Positions 1 through 10,168 of a stretch of DNA of 54,888 nt are shown piece after piece (position 1 is the first letter of the stretch; every line of letters starts with the position of its first letter). The position numbers were made by a program, and so were the translations under genes. Origin of the DNA: Patescibacteria group bacterium (GTDB taxonomy: Bacteria; Patescibacteriota; WWE3; UBA101185; UBA10185). Location: contig JAUMAA010000008.1 of assembly GCA_032117075.1 (NCBI GenBank), forward strand, positions 1-54,888. Reading direction: 5' to 3'. The notes beneath the pieces were generated by a model. The model worked only from the letters and a program-made list of their open reading frames with translations. It did not search any database and had not been told where the DNA came from.

Positions 1-1
1 C

Positions 2-700
2 ACTGCTACTAGTACTCCAACCTGGACTGCAAGTGTGACTAGCACCAGTACTCCGACTCTGACTTGGACCTCAAGTCCAACAGATACAAGTACCGCTACA
101 AACACTGCTACTAGAACACCTAGTTTTACTCGTACTAGAACTGCTACACTACCAGTCACGGTTGTCCCCAGAATATTTGTTTCTTGGACTACTGGTTTTG
201 GAGTGGCTTCAAGTTACAAAGTTTCAAAAGGTGACAAGTGTTGGGGAGTTAAGGTAGCTGGTTTTAATAACAGAGTAATCGAATTCACCAAGGATTATGG
301 TCACATTGTTATTGAGAGTGGTGGTTGTCAGCCAAAGGGATATCAGAATCCTACAGATATCAAAAATTATCTGTATACCAAAGGGTTAAGATATTCATCT
401 ATGGTTCTTCCTATACCTCCAACTCTAACACCGACAATCACACCTACAGTGATTAAATCCTTAAAAATAGATTGGTCTTCTGGACCAATTTATAAAAGGG
501 TGAGGCCACTAACAGGAAGTGTTTGTTGGGGTGATGTTGATAAGTATAGAAATGTGATTGCAGTATTTAAAATCTCTTACAATGGCGACATAGTTGTTAG
601 AGGTTCTTGTCAGTTTATTGGCAAAAATACTCCAGACCAAATCCGAGAATATCTTAGAGTTCGTGAAGGAAGAACTCTGACTAAACTCTCTCTTCCATAA
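2..700 (+). CDS. Secreted/surface protein, C-terminal part (5' end cut by the window edge): (T-X)n linker followed by two tandem two-cysteine domains of about 75 aa
   Basis: The reading frame is open from nt 2, so the track's GTG at 35 is internal. The sequence starts with a run TATSTPTWTASVTSTSTPTLTWTSSPTDTSTATNTATRTPSFTRTRTATLP with Thr at alternate positions. Two homologous modules follow (CWG ... G[GS]CQ ... P[TD][DQ]I[KR]xYL), joined by PIPPTLTPTITPT. A strong terminator follows the stop codon. Confidence 0.6.
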   Translation, partial: TATSTPTWTASVTSTSTPTLTWTSSPTDTSTATNTATRTPSFTRTRTATLPVTVVPRIFVSWTTGFGVASSYKVSKGDKCWGVKVAGFNNRVIEFTKDYGHIVIESGGCQPKGYQNPTDIKNYLYTKGLRYSSMVLPIPPTLTPTITPTVIKSLKIDWSSGPIYKRVRPLTGSVCWGDVDKYRNVIAVFKISYNGDIVVRGSCQFIGKNTPDQIREYLRVREGRTLTKLSLP

Positions 701-710
701 TTCCTTCTTT

Positions 711-747
711 ATGAGTGCGGCCACAAGCCGCACTCATGTACTTTTTT
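711..747 (+). terminator. Rho-independent terminator
   Basis: 11-bp GC-rich stem ATGAGTGCGGC / GCCGCACTCAT (711-721 / 727-737), loop CACAA, then GTACTTTTTT. Confidence 0.8.
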
Positions 748-778
748 ATTCCAAAACTATAAACTTATATTAGTTTCT

Positions 779-787
779 TGCTACAAT
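779..787 (+). promoter_or_regulatory. Candidate extended -10 promoter (TGcTACAAT) for the ABC transporter operon
   Basis: TG at 779-780 and TACAAT at 782-787, 19 nt upstream of the ATG at 807. No good -35 element. Confidence 0.35.
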
Positions 788-806
788 AAATAAAATTAAC
801 CTGTCT

Positions 807-1754
807 ATGTCTGAAATTATCAAAGTTGAAAATTTAATCAAAAGATATAAAGATTCAGAAATGAATGCTGTTGATGATATAACCTTTTCTGTAAATGAAG
901 GCGAATTTTTTTCTATGCTTGGTCCTAACGGAGCTGGCAAAACAACTACTCTCTCAATTTTAAACTCCACCCTTAACCCTACTTCTGGAAGTGTAACAAT
1001 TAATAACCATGACATTTTTTACGAATCAATTAAGGTTAGAGAAAAGATAGGGGTAATTTTCCAATCCCCATCCTTAGATGCAAATTTAACTGCCGAAGAA
1101 AATATTAGATTTCATTCAGTACTCTATGGGTATATTCCCTTTGCTTTCAATTTTAAATCTTTACCAACTAGATACCAAAAAAGAGTTAAAGAGTTATCAA
1201 ATTTGATGGGGCTTGAAAAAGATTTGTCTAAACCGATAAATACATTTAGTGGGGGAATGAAGAGAAAATTAGAAATAATTATTGGTCTAATTCATAATCC
1301 AAAAATACTCTTTTTAGATGAACCAACTATTGGGTTAGACCCATTAACCAGGAAAAATTTATGGGACTATTTGCTTGAAATCAAGAAAAAAGGAGATACA
1401 ACTATTTTTCTAACAACTCATTATATTGAAGAAGCCGAGGAATCCGATCATGTGATGATAATTAATAGAGGTAAAATAGTTTCGTTTGGTACTCCTAGTG
1501 ATTTAAAAAATGATTTAGTAGAAGAATATGTTGTCATATCCTCTTTAAATAATGAGTTTTTAAGACAAGAGCTTCTAAATATGAATGTAAAGTTCGAAGG
1601 AGATGGTCCTTTTAAAGTTTATATCGAGGAGAATAAATTACAAAATTTATTTCAAAAAATCAAAACCAAGCTTTCACTTATAAATGTTCATAACCCAACC
1701 TTAGAGCAGGTTTATTTAAAAATTATCGGAGATGCCAAACATGAGGGCCGTTAG
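807..1754 (+). CDS. ABC transporter ATP-binding protein (ABC-2/DrrA-like exporter type)
   Basis: Walker A GPNGAGKTT, ABC signature FSGGMKRKL, Walker B ILFLDEPT, H-loop TTHY. Confidence 0.9.
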   Translation: MSEIIKVENLIKRYKDSEMNAVDDITFSVNEGEFFSMLGPNGAGKTTTLSILNSTLNPTSGSVTINNHDIFYESIKVREKIGVIFQSPSLDANLTAEENIRFHSVLYGYIPFAFNFKSLPTRYQKRVKELSNLMGLEKDLSKPINTFSGGMKRKLEIIIGLIHNPKILFLDEPTIGLDPLTRKNLWDYLLEIKKKGDTTIFLTTHYIEEAEESDHVMIINRGKIVSFGTPSDLKNDLVEEYVVISSLNNEFLRQELLNMNVKFEGDGPFKVYIEENKLQNLFQKIKTKLSLINVHNPTLEQVYLKIIGDAKHEGR

Positions 1755-2520
1755 TTCCATTTTAATTATTGCCTATAGGGATATTTTAAAGTTAGTGAGA
1801 GATAGGAGAAGATTTTTGGGAGGTTTGATTTTTCCTGTTGTTTCGATAGTTATTTTAGGTTCTGCCTTGGATTCTAATTTATCTAAATCAGTTGGTTTTA
1901 ATTTTCTCTTTTTTGTTTATTTTGGAGTTTTGGCACAAAATATGTTTGCCTCAACAGCCTCAGGAATTGCCTGGTTAATAGAAGATAGGCAAAATGATTT
2001 TGCTCAAAGTTTCTTTGTTGCTCCTATTTCAAGGTACACCATAATCTTTGGAAAAATTTTGGGTGAGAGTTTTGTCTCTTTTACTCAAATTTTAGGATTG
2101 TTTTTGATTGGTTATTTTGTTGGGGTACCATTTGAAGTAATAAAATTTCTAATTCTAATTCCAGTACTCTTTTTAATATGTATTTTTGGAGGTTCTTTTG
2201 GGGTTTTGATTATGGCAAACTTTATGGACAAAAGGAGTATAGACCAGGTATTTCCATTCTTCATCTTCCCACAATTCTTCTTATCAGGGGTATTTACACC
2301 TATGATTGATCTACCTTCTTATTTAATGATTTTATCAAGAATTACACCGATGTTTTATGCAGTTGATTTAGTTCGAGGAATTTATTATTCTGGAACTGCT
2401 GAATATACGAAGATTGTTGTCTATCATCCTATTTATAATTTGGTTATTATTGGTATTATGTTCTCAGTTTTTCTATTTGTTGGAACATACATTTTTGTTA
2501 AATCTGAAAAAGAAAGGTAA
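1732..2520 (+). CDS. ABC-2 type transporter permease
   Basis: 262 aa with about 6 hydrophobic helices. Overlaps the ATPase gene by 23 nt, so the two are probably translationally coupled. Confidence 0.8.
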   Translation: MPNMRAVSSILIIAYRDILKLVRDRRRFLGGLIFPVVSIVILGSALDSNLSKSVGFNFLFFVYFGVLAQNMFASTASGIAWLIEDRQNDFAQSFFVAPISRYTIIFGKILGESFVSFTQILGLFLIGYFVGVPFEVIKFLILIPVLFLICIFGGSFGVLIMANFMDKRSIDQVFPFFIFPQFFLSGVFTPMIDLPSYLMILSRITPMFYAVDLVRGIYYSGTAEYTKIVVYHPIYNLVIIGIMFSVFLFVGTYIFVKSEKER

Positions 2521-2522
2521 TT

Positions 2523-3089
2523 TTGCTTAAGACATTTAAAACAGCATTAGTTGAATATTTAGAAGCACTTTTCACTTCAATTACAGTCTTGATACTTATA
2601 TATGTATTTATTGCTTTTCCAGTAACTGTTCAGGGTATTTCAATGCAACCAAACCTATATACAGGAGATAGATTGCTTGTAGAAACAGTGACTCCAAGAG
2701 TTTGGGGTTATGAGAGAGGTGAGATTGTTGTTGTCTCCTCGGCAGTTTCGGGAGTACCTGGAATGCTTAGCGAGCTTTTAGTTAAAAGAGTTGTAGGTCT
2801 TCCTGGCGAAAGAATTAAAATTTTTAACTGTAAAGTCTATTTTTATAAGGATTCTCAAGTTTATGAGTTAAAGGAGAACATGTATTTACCTGACGGTACT
2901 TGTACATTAGGAGGCAGGAGAATTGAAGATGGAAGACCTTATACTATTCCGGAAGGGGAGTACATGGTTTTGGGAGATAATAGGGAGAATTCTACCGATT
3001 CAAGAAACATAGGATTTGTTAAAAAAGAAAATATACAAGGAAAAGTAGTGATTTTATTCTTCCCAACTGATAAGATAAGAATGTACTAA
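2523..3089 (+). CDS. lepB: Signal peptidase I (S26A, LepB type)
   Basis: N-terminal TM anchor. Catalytic Ser box GISMQPN, Lys box VKRVVGLPGE, box E GDNRENSTDSR. TTG start. Confidence 0.9.
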   Translation: MLKTFKTALVEYLEALFTSITVLILIYVFIAFPVTVQGISMQPNLYTGDRLLVETVTPRVWGYERGEIVVVSSAVSGVPGMLSELLVKRVVGLPGERIKIFNCKVYFYKDSQVYELKENMYLPDGTCTLGGRRIEDGRPYTIPEGEYMVLGDNRENSTDSRNIGFVKKENIQGKVVILFFPTDKIRMY

Positions 3090-3116
3090 TTAAAATATTT
3101 TCAAATAGAAAACTTG

Positions 3117-3145
3117 TTGACATATATATTTAATGGATGTAAAAT
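3117..3145 (+). promoter_or_regulatory. Sigma70-type promoter upstream of rpoB
   Basis: TTGACA (3117-3122), 17-nt spacer, TAAAAT (3140-3145). Lies about 40 nt upstream of the rpoB start. Confidence 0.6.
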
Positions 3146-3185
3146 GTCGTTATTCTAATAAAAATTTTAATAGAAAAAAATTATA

Positions 3186-6100
3186 TTGATGAGAAAAAAT
3201 TTATCCAAATCTTCAAAAAGGTTCCCATTACCAAATTTATCTAGCTCACAAATTGAGTCTTATAATGCTCTTGTAAAAGAGGGTATTAACGAGGTGATTT
3301 CTGAACTTGGAGTAATCCAAGATGAATCAGAAAGAGCTTGGCAGTTAGAGTTTTCCGAACCTAACATCTTAAAGCCAAACCTTTCCATTGACGAAGCTAT
3401 TGAAAAAGGAAAATCATACGATGCTCCTTTATTCATCAAAGCTACATTAAAAGATCCAATCAGAAGACTTGAGAATGTTCAAAATATCTACATTGGAGAT
3501 ATTCCAATGATGACAGATAAAGCAACATTTATCATTAACGGAAACGAAAAAATTGTTCAACATTTACTTGTAAGAGCTGAGGGAGTTTACTTCTCCGCAG
3601 AAGAATCTAAAATTGGAAATCAAATTTTAGGAGGTGCTGAAATTAGAACTAAAAACGGATCTTGGGTCTCTTTTGAAACTTCAAGAAATGGAGTAATTTC
3701 AGTCAAAATTGACAAAAAGAGAAAATTTCCAGCTACAGTATTATTAAAAGCATTCGGAATTGGGTCAGATGAAGAGATTAGATCTCTTTTTAAAGATGTA
3801 GATGCAAATCCAGAATTATCTTATATTGAATCAACTTTGATCAAAGATATTACAAGATCAAAAGAAGAGGCAGCAATTGAAATTTACAAAAAAATGAAAC
3901 CAGGTGAGCCTGCTATTTTAGATGACTCTATGAATTATCTAAATGCAGTTTTCTTTAATCCTAATAGGTACTCTTTAGGAAAAGTTGGAAGATTTAAGAT
4001 TAATCAAAAATTTGATTTAGACACTCCAAACGATGAGGATCACAGACTTTTAACAAAGGAAGACTTAATTCATATCATTGCTCACTTAATTAAAATTAAC
4101 AATGGATTAGTAGAAGCTGATGATATAGATCACCTAGGAAACAGAAGATTGAAATCTGTAGGTGAAATGCTTCAAGTTGAAGTTAGAAGTGGTTTCTTGA
4201 ATTTAAGAAAGAATGTTTTAGATAAAATTTCTTTACAGCCTAGAGATTCATTCCCTGAGCCTAAAGTATTTATCTCAAATGAGGTTTCCTCAAAAATTAC
4301 TTCATTTTTCAATACTGGTAAAACTTCTATTCAACAAGACCAATACAACCCATTAACTAGATTAGATATTCTAAGAAGAACAAGCTCTGGATTGACTAAA
4401 GAAAGAGCATCAATCGAAGTAAGAGACATGCACTATTCACAATACGGTAAGATTTGTGCTGTAAGAACACCTGAAGGACCAAATATTGGACTTGTTACCT
4501 TTTTGGCTATTTATGCAAGAATTAATGAGTATGGTTTTATTGAAACACCTTATTTCTTATTGGAAAAAGATGGTGATAATGTAAAAATTACAGATCAAAT
4601 TGTTTATTTAGCTGCTTATGAAGAAGATAATCACTTTATTATTGGGCACGGTGTTGATGTTGATGAAAAAGGTTTCATTACAGAAAAACAAGTTCCTTTA
4701 AGAAAAAAAGGTGAATTTATTTTAGGAGATAGATCCTTAGCTGACTACATTGATGTTGATTCAGCTCAAGTTCTTGGTATCTCCGCAGGACTTATTCCTT
4801 TTGTTCAATCTGACGATATTGCTAGAGCTCTTGTTGCATCATCACAGATGTCCCAAGCAGTTCCTTTGATTAAGCCTGAAGCTCCAATCGTAGCTACAGG
4901 TATTGAAGCAGAGATTGCAAGAAATACAGGTTGGGTTGTTTATGCAGAAAATGATGGTGTAGTAGAGTTTGCAGATGCAACTAAAGTAATTGTTAAATAT
5001 GCTGGAGAAAAAGAGTCCAGAACATATAAAGTTACTAAATTTAAAAAATCAAACCAAGAGACAAGTTATAACCAAGTTGTAAGAGTTAACAACGGTCAGA
5101 AGATTAAAAAAGATGATATTTTGATTGAGGGACCTTCTATTGTTAACGGTGAAATTTCAATTGGAACTAATGTAAGAAGTGCTTACATGGTTTGGAATGG
5201 TTACGAGTTTGAGGACGGAATTGTTATTTCAGACAGATTAGTTAAAGAAGATGTGCTAACTTCAGTTCATATTGAAATTCACAAATGTGAAGTTTTAGAA
5301 ACAAAGTTAGGACCGGAAGAAATTACTAGAGATATTCCTAGTGTTTCTGAAGATTCTTTGAAGCACCTAGATAGAAACGGAATTGTAGCTATTGGATCAA
5401 AAGTTGGTCCAGGTGACATTCTTGTTGGTAAAGTAGCTCCAAAAGGTGAAGGTGATTTATCTGCTGAAGAACGATTATTGAGAGCAATTTTTAATGAGAA
5501 AGCTAAAGAAGTTAGAAATACCTCTCTATTTATGGAAAATGGTGAAAGAGGAACTGTTATTGATGTTAAGAGACTAAGTAGAAAAGATAATAAATTAGAC
5601 AACGGTGTAATTGAAAGAATTGAAGTTTATATTGCAAGAAGAAAGAAAGTTGAAATTGGTGACAAGTTAGCAGGAAGACACGGTAACAAAGGTGTTATTT
5701 CAGCAATTGTTCCGGCTGTTGACATGCCTCATACAGAAGATGGTCACCCAATTGACATTGTATTCTCTGCTGACTCAGTTTTGAAAAGAATGAACATTGG
5801 GCAAACATACGAAGTTCCGTTAGGATTAGCTGGTAGAAGAACAGGAAAAAAGTACACAATTCCTGTGTTAACACAAATCAATGATTCTATTATCGAGCAG
5901 GAATTAGTAGATGCCGGTCTTCCTAAGAATGGTAAAGTTAAACTAATTGATGGTAGAACTGGAGAATACTTCCAACAAACTATTACTATGGGTGAAGGTT
6001 ACATTGTTAAATTACACCACATGGCTGAAGAAAAGATTCATGCTAGATCAACAGGACCTTATAACTTAGTAACTCAACAACCTCAACATGGTAAGCAAAA

Positions 6101-6482
6101 CATGGGTGGACAAAGATTAGGAGAAATGGAAGTTTGGGCAATTGAATCTTACGGAGCAGCAAATCTGTTACAAGAAATGTTGACTATTAAATCGGACGAT
6201 ATGATTGGAAGAAATGCTGCTTATACAGCATTGATTGAAGGAAGAGAAATCCCAGAACCTACTGTTCCAGAATCTTTCAAGTTGTTAATAAGAGAGTTTA
6301 ACGGTCTTGGACTTGGAATTGAAGCACTTGAAGCTGTAAGAGAGGCGCCTGAGGAAGTCGAATCTCCTGAGTTACTTGAAAAAGAAACTTATGCATTGGA
6401 TGAGGACAACCACGAATCAGAAACAGAAGCACTATCTGTAGTAGATGAAAATGAAAATTTCGAAAATGAGGAGGAAATTTAA
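3186..6482 (+). CDS. rpoB: DNA-directed RNA polymerase subunit beta
   Basis: 1098 aa. Conserved blocks RDMHYSQYGKICAVRTPEGPNIGL, AGRHGNKGV, GGQRLGEMEVWA. Start is TTG 3186 or ATG 3189. Confidence 0.98.
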   Translation: MMRKNLSKSSKRFPLPNLSSSQIESYNALVKEGINEVISELGVIQDESERAWQLEFSEPNILKPNLSIDEAIEKGKSYDAPLFIKATLKDPIRRLENVQNIYIGDIPMMTDKATFIINGNEKIVQHLLVRAEGVYFSAEESKIGNQILGGAEIRTKNGSWVSFETSRNGVISVKIDKKRKFPATVLLKAFGIGSDEEIRSLFKDVDANPELSYIESTLIKDITRSKEEAAIEIYKKMKPGEPAILDDSMNYLNAVFFNPNRYSLGKVGRFKINQKFDLDTPNDEDHRLLTKEDLIHIIAHLIKINNGLVEADDIDHLGNRRLKSVGEMLQVEVRSGFLNLRKNVLDKISLQPRDSFPEPKVFISNEVSSKITSFFNTGKTSIQQDQYNPLTRLDILRRTSSGLTKERASIEVRDMHYSQYGKICAVRTPEGPNIGLVTFLAIYARINEYGFIETPYFLLEKDGDNVKITDQIVYLAAYEEDNHFIIGHGVDVDEKGFITEKQVPLRKKGEFILGDRSLADYIDVDSAQVLGISAGLIPFVQSDDIARALVASSQMSQAVPLIKPEAPIVATGIEAEIARNTGWVVYAENDGVVEFADATKVIVKYAGEKESRTYKVTKFKKSNQETSYNQVVRVNNGQKIKKDDILIEGPSIVNGEISIGTNVRSAYMVWNGYEFEDGIVISDRLVKEDVLTSVHIEIHKCEVLETKLGPEEITRDIPSVSEDSLKHLDRNGIVAIGSKVGPGDILVGKVAPKGEGDLSAEERLLRAIFNEKAKEVRNTSLFMENGERGTVIDVKRLSRKDNKLDNGVIERIEVYIARRKKVEIGDKLAGRHGNKGVISAIVPAVDMPHTEDGHPIDIVFSADSVLKRMNIGQTYEVPLGLAGRRTGKKYTIPVLTQINDSIIEQELVDAGLPKNGKVKLIDGRTGEYFQQTITMGEGYIVKLHHMAEEKIHARSTGPYNLVTQQPQHGKQNMGGQRLGEMEVWAIESYGAANLLQEMLTIKSDDMIGRNAAYTALIEGREIPEPTVPESFKLLIREFNGLGLGIEALEAVREAPEEVESPELLEKETYALDEDNHESETEALSVVDENENFENEEEI

Positions 6483-6484
6483 AA

Positions 6485-9400
6485 ATGAAGAATATACAAA
6501 ATCTTAAAAAATTTGAAGCTTTAAAAATATTTATTGCATCCGCAGAAGATATTTTAAGCTGGTCTTATGGTGAAATTACTAAGCCAGAAACTATCAATTA
6601 CAGAACTTTCAAGCCAGAAAGATTTGGGTTATTCGATGAGAGAATTTTCGGACCTTATAAAGACTATGAATGCTCTTGTGGAAAATATAAAAGAGTAAGA
6701 TATAAGGGTGTTATCTGTGATAAATGTGGTGTAGAAGTTACTAGCTCAAAGGTAAGAAGAGAAAGAATGGGTCACATCTCACTTGCAACTCCTGTTGCTC
6801 ATGTATGGTTTTTTAAATCAAATCCTTCAAAATTAGCTACACTTTTAGATATTTCCCCAAGAAGTTTAGAAGCTGTTATTTATTTTTCCTCTTATATTGT
6901 TACTGATGTTGATTTAACTCAAAAAGCAAAAGCAATCTCAGCTATTGAGAAAGATTTGGTAGCAGAAAAAGAATTATTAAATACCGAGTTAGAGAATAAA
7001 ATTGTTGATTACGAAGCTTCCAAAGGTGAGGAAATTAGAGCAAAAAAAGGAATTTCTGAAGAAGAAGCAGTAACTAAGATCAGACAACAAGTTCAAAAAA
7101 TTAGAAATACATTTGCTGAAAAAATAGAAGAGATTGAAGCAGAATACAAACTTTATGTTAAGAAAGTTGAGAGCATCGACCTTCATACAATTATTGCTGA
7201 TAATGAATATTCACCTTTATCTAAATACTTAGACATGTTTTGTAAGCTAGGTATTGGTGCAGAATCTATTAGAGAAATTTTAGAGAACATAGACTTAAAT
7301 GAATTATCTTTAGAGTTAAAATCCGAGTTAGAGAGTGCTAAGGAAGTAAAAGCTGCAAAATTATTAAAAAGATTAAGAGTTGTTGAAGGATTTAGAAGAT
7401 CAAGCATTAATCCTGATAGGATGATAATGACTGCTCTTCCTGTAATCCCTTGTGATTTGAGACCTATAGTCCCAATCGAAGGTGGAAAAATAATGTCTAA
7501 CGACTTAAATGACCTTTATAGAAGAGTTATCAATAGAAATAATAGGTTGAAGAGGCTTCTTGATCTTGGAGCACCTGAGATTATTTTAAGAAACGAAAAA
7601 AGAATGTTACAAGAAGCTGTAGATGCTTTATTTGACTCTTCAAAACAAAGATTATCTGCTAAGGGAACTAAATCTTCTTATGCAAATAAGAAGCAACTAA
7701 AATCACTTGCCGACTTACTAAAAGGTAAGAGTGGTAGATTTAGACAAAACTTACTTGGAAAAAGAGTAGACTATTCAGGAAGATCCGTTATCGTGAACGG
7801 TCCGGATTTAGATATTAACGAGTGTGGTATTCCAAGAGAAATGGCTCTTGAGTTATTTAAGCCTATGGTTATTAGAGAAATCATTCTAAGAGGACATGCT
7901 CCTAACCCTAAGAGTGCTAAATTCTTTATGGAATCAAGAAGTGGTGTAGTTTATGACATTCTAGAAGATGTAGTAAAGGGCCACCCTGTTCTTTTGAACA
8001 GAGCTCCTACTCTATGGAGACTTGGTTTCCAAGCATTTTATCCAAAATTAATTGATGGTAATGCTATTAGATTGCACCTATGTGTAACTACTGGTTATAA
8101 TGCTGACTTTGACGGAGACCAAATGGCTGTGCATGTTCCAATTTCTGCACCAGCTATAGATGAAGCTAAGAAATTAATGATTTCTACAAAAAATTTATTG
8201 AAGCCTTCTGACGGAACTCCTTACTCTTCTCCAACTAAAGAAATTATTTGGGGAATCTATTGGATTACTAAGATGGATGATTCTAAACCAGCTTCAGATA
8301 AAGTTTATTCAAATTTTGATGAGGTAGTTTACTTGTACGAATCAACAAAATCTTTTGGATTTAACGATAAGATTAAAGTTAGGCACAATGGTGAAATCAT
8401 TGAAACAAATGTAGGTAGAATTTTATTTAACAGAATTCTTCCAACTACTGATTTCAAAAACTATACATTCTCTAAGAAGCAAATTAATGAATCTATTTTA
8501 GATGCATTTAAGAATTACGATAATGAAGAAGTTGCTAAGTTTATCGATAGATTGAAGAATCTTGGATTAAAATACGGAACAATCTCTGGGCAATCAGCTT
8601 CCGCTTCTGACTTGAATATTCCTAATAATTTCGATGAGATTATTGAAGAGGGTAAGAAGAAAGTTGAGGAGTTAAATAAAGCTCTTAAGAGAGGTTTAGC
8701 TACTCAAAACGATGTTAAATCAAAGACAAAAGAGATCTGGTCTGATGTGAGACTAAAGATTAAAAAAGACCTTTGGGACTCTCTTGGAACAAATAACTCT
8801 GTTAAACAAGTTATTGAATCAGGTGCTTCCAAAGCTACTGATGACTCTATTACTCAGATTGCAGGAATTAAAGGACAGATTAATGATGCTACAGGTAAAA
8901 CAGTTGATTTCCCAATTTTAGGAAACTATAAGAACGGTTTATCTGGATTTGAATATTTCATCTCCTCTAAAGCAGCAAGAAAGACTCTTACAGACAAGGC
9001 TCTTAAGACAGCTGAGGCAGGTTATTTATCAAGAAAACTTGTTGATGTATCTCAAGATGTACTAGTAAGAGAGGAAGATTGTGGAACTGAGGAAGGTTTA
9101 AATGTTCTAGTTAAAGCAGGTGGGTACCAATTAGATTTTACAAAGAGATTTGATGGAAGATTTTTAGCTAAAGATTTAAAAGTTGGAAATAAGATTATTG
9201 CAAAAGCTAACGAAAAATTAACTTTAGAAGTTTTGACTGATATTACTAAATCTGATGCCGATTCAGTTATAGTTAGATCCCCTCTTTACTGCAAAACACT
9301 AAGAGGTGTATGTCAAAAATGCTACGGTAAGGATTTAATGACTAATGCATTAATCCAAATTGGATCTCCAGTAGGAGTTTCTGCCGGTCAAGTTGTAGGC

Positions 9401-10165
9401 GAGCCTGGAACTCAGATGACCATGAGAACATTCTGGGGAGGAGGTATTGCAGGTGCATCCGATATTACAGTTGGATTACAAAGGATTGTTGAAATTCTTG
9501 AGGCAAGAGACCCTAAATACATGACAATTATGTCAGAGGTAGATGGAAAAGTTAGAATTATTCAAACAGGTGATGATAGAAAAGTAGTCGTTCAAGCTTC
9601 AAATAAAGACGAAGATGATTGCGAATACGTTATCGATACAAAGAAGAGCATTATTGTTAAAGACGGTGACACCGTAGTTAAAGGAGAAGCCTTAACTGAC
9701 GGTCACAAACACTTAACAGAGCTTCAAAGATTAGTTGGAGTTGATGGTGTTAAGAAATATATTGTTGAAAGTGTATTAAAGGTATACTCCGCTCAAGGAA
9801 TTGCTTTGAATGACATCTATGTTGAGACAATTGTCAAACAAATGTTTAATCATGTAAGAATTGAGGATTCAGGAGATACTATGTTCATGGTAGGTGAGAT
9901 TGTTTCAAGAGCTTCCTTCGACGAAGAGAATGAAAAAATCATTGCTTCCGGAGGCACACCAGCAATTGCAAATGTTATCTTATTAGGTATTAAGAAAGCA
10001 GCAATTTCTTCTGATAGTTTCTTGTCAGCAGCTTCTTTCGAACAGACATCTCAAGTATTGACCGATGCCGCTGCTTCTGGTAAAGTTGACTCGCTTGTTG
10101 GCTTGAAGGAAAATATTATCTTAGGTAGATTAATTCCAGTAGGCGAACACGTAAAAAGGATATAA
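6485..10165 (+). CDS. rpoC: DNA-directed RNA polymerase subunit beta'
   Basis: 1226 aa. Zn finger CSCGKYK..CDKCGVEV and catalytic NADFDGDQMAVH. Confidence 0.98.
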   Translation: MKNIQNLKKFEALKIFIASAEDILSWSYGEITKPETINYRTFKPERFGLFDERIFGPYKDYECSCGKYKRVRYKGVICDKCGVEVTSSKVRRERMGHISLATPVAHVWFFKSNPSKLATLLDISPRSLEAVIYFSSYIVTDVDLTQKAKAISAIEKDLVAEKELLNTELENKIVDYEASKGEEIRAKKGISEEEAVTKIRQQVQKIRNTFAEKIEEIEAEYKLYVKKVESIDLHTIIADNEYSPLSKYLDMFCKLGIGAESIREILENIDLNELSLELKSELESAKEVKAAKLLKRLRVVEGFRRSSINPDRMIMTALPVIPCDLRPIVPIEGGKIMSNDLNDLYRRVINRNNRLKRLLDLGAPEIILRNEKRMLQEAVDALFDSSKQRLSAKGTKSSYANKKQLKSLADLLKGKSGRFRQNLLGKRVDYSGRSVIVNGPDLDINECGIPREMALELFKPMVIREIILRGHAPNPKSAKFFMESRSGVVYDILEDVVKGHPVLLNRAPTLWRLGFQAFYPKLIDGNAIRLHLCVTTGYNADFDGDQMAVHVPISAPAIDEAKKLMISTKNLLKPSDGTPYSSPTKEIIWGIYWITKMDDSKPASDKVYSNFDEVVYLYESTKSFGFNDKIKVRHNGEIIETNVGRILFNRILPTTDFKNYTFSKKQINESILDAFKNYDNEEVAKFIDRLKNLGLKYGTISGQSASASDLNIPNNFDEIIEEGKKKVEELNKALKRGLATQNDVKSKTKEIWSDVRLKIKKDLWDSLGTNNSVKQVIESGASKATDDSITQIAGIKGQINDATGKTVDFPILGNYKNGLSGFEYFISSKAARKTLTDKALKTAEAGYLSRKLVDVSQDVLVREEDCGTEEGLNVLVKAGGYQLDFTKRFDGRFLAKDLKVGNKIIAKANEKLTLEVLTDITKSDADSVIVRSPLYCKTLRGVCQKCYGKDLMTNALIQIGSPVGVSAGQVVGEPGTQMTMRTFWGGGIAGASDITVGLQRIVEILEARDPKYMTIMSEVDGKVRIIQTGDDRKVVVQASNKDEDDCEYVIDTKKSIIVKDGDTVVKGEALTDGHKHLTELQRLVGVDGVKKYIVESVLKVYSAQGIALNDIYVETIVKQMFNHVRIEDSGDTMFMVGEIVSRASFDEENEKIIASGGTPAIANVILLGIKKAAISSDSFLSAASFEQTSQVLTDAAASGKVDSLVGLKENIILGRLIPVGEHVKRI

Positions 10166-10168
10166 AAT

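Noticed and set aside
509-1015. Minus-strand ORFs 509-733 and 770-1015
   Set aside because: The first overlaps the surface-protein gene and runs through its terminator hairpin. The second is antisense to the Walker A region of the ABC ATPase. Both are likely spurious.
5279-7407. Antisense ORFs inside rpoB and rpoC (5279-5602, 6989-7186, 7183-7407)
   Set aside because: They lie fully within conserved RNA polymerase coding sequence on the opposite strand. Such shadow ORFs are typical of AT-rich DNA.
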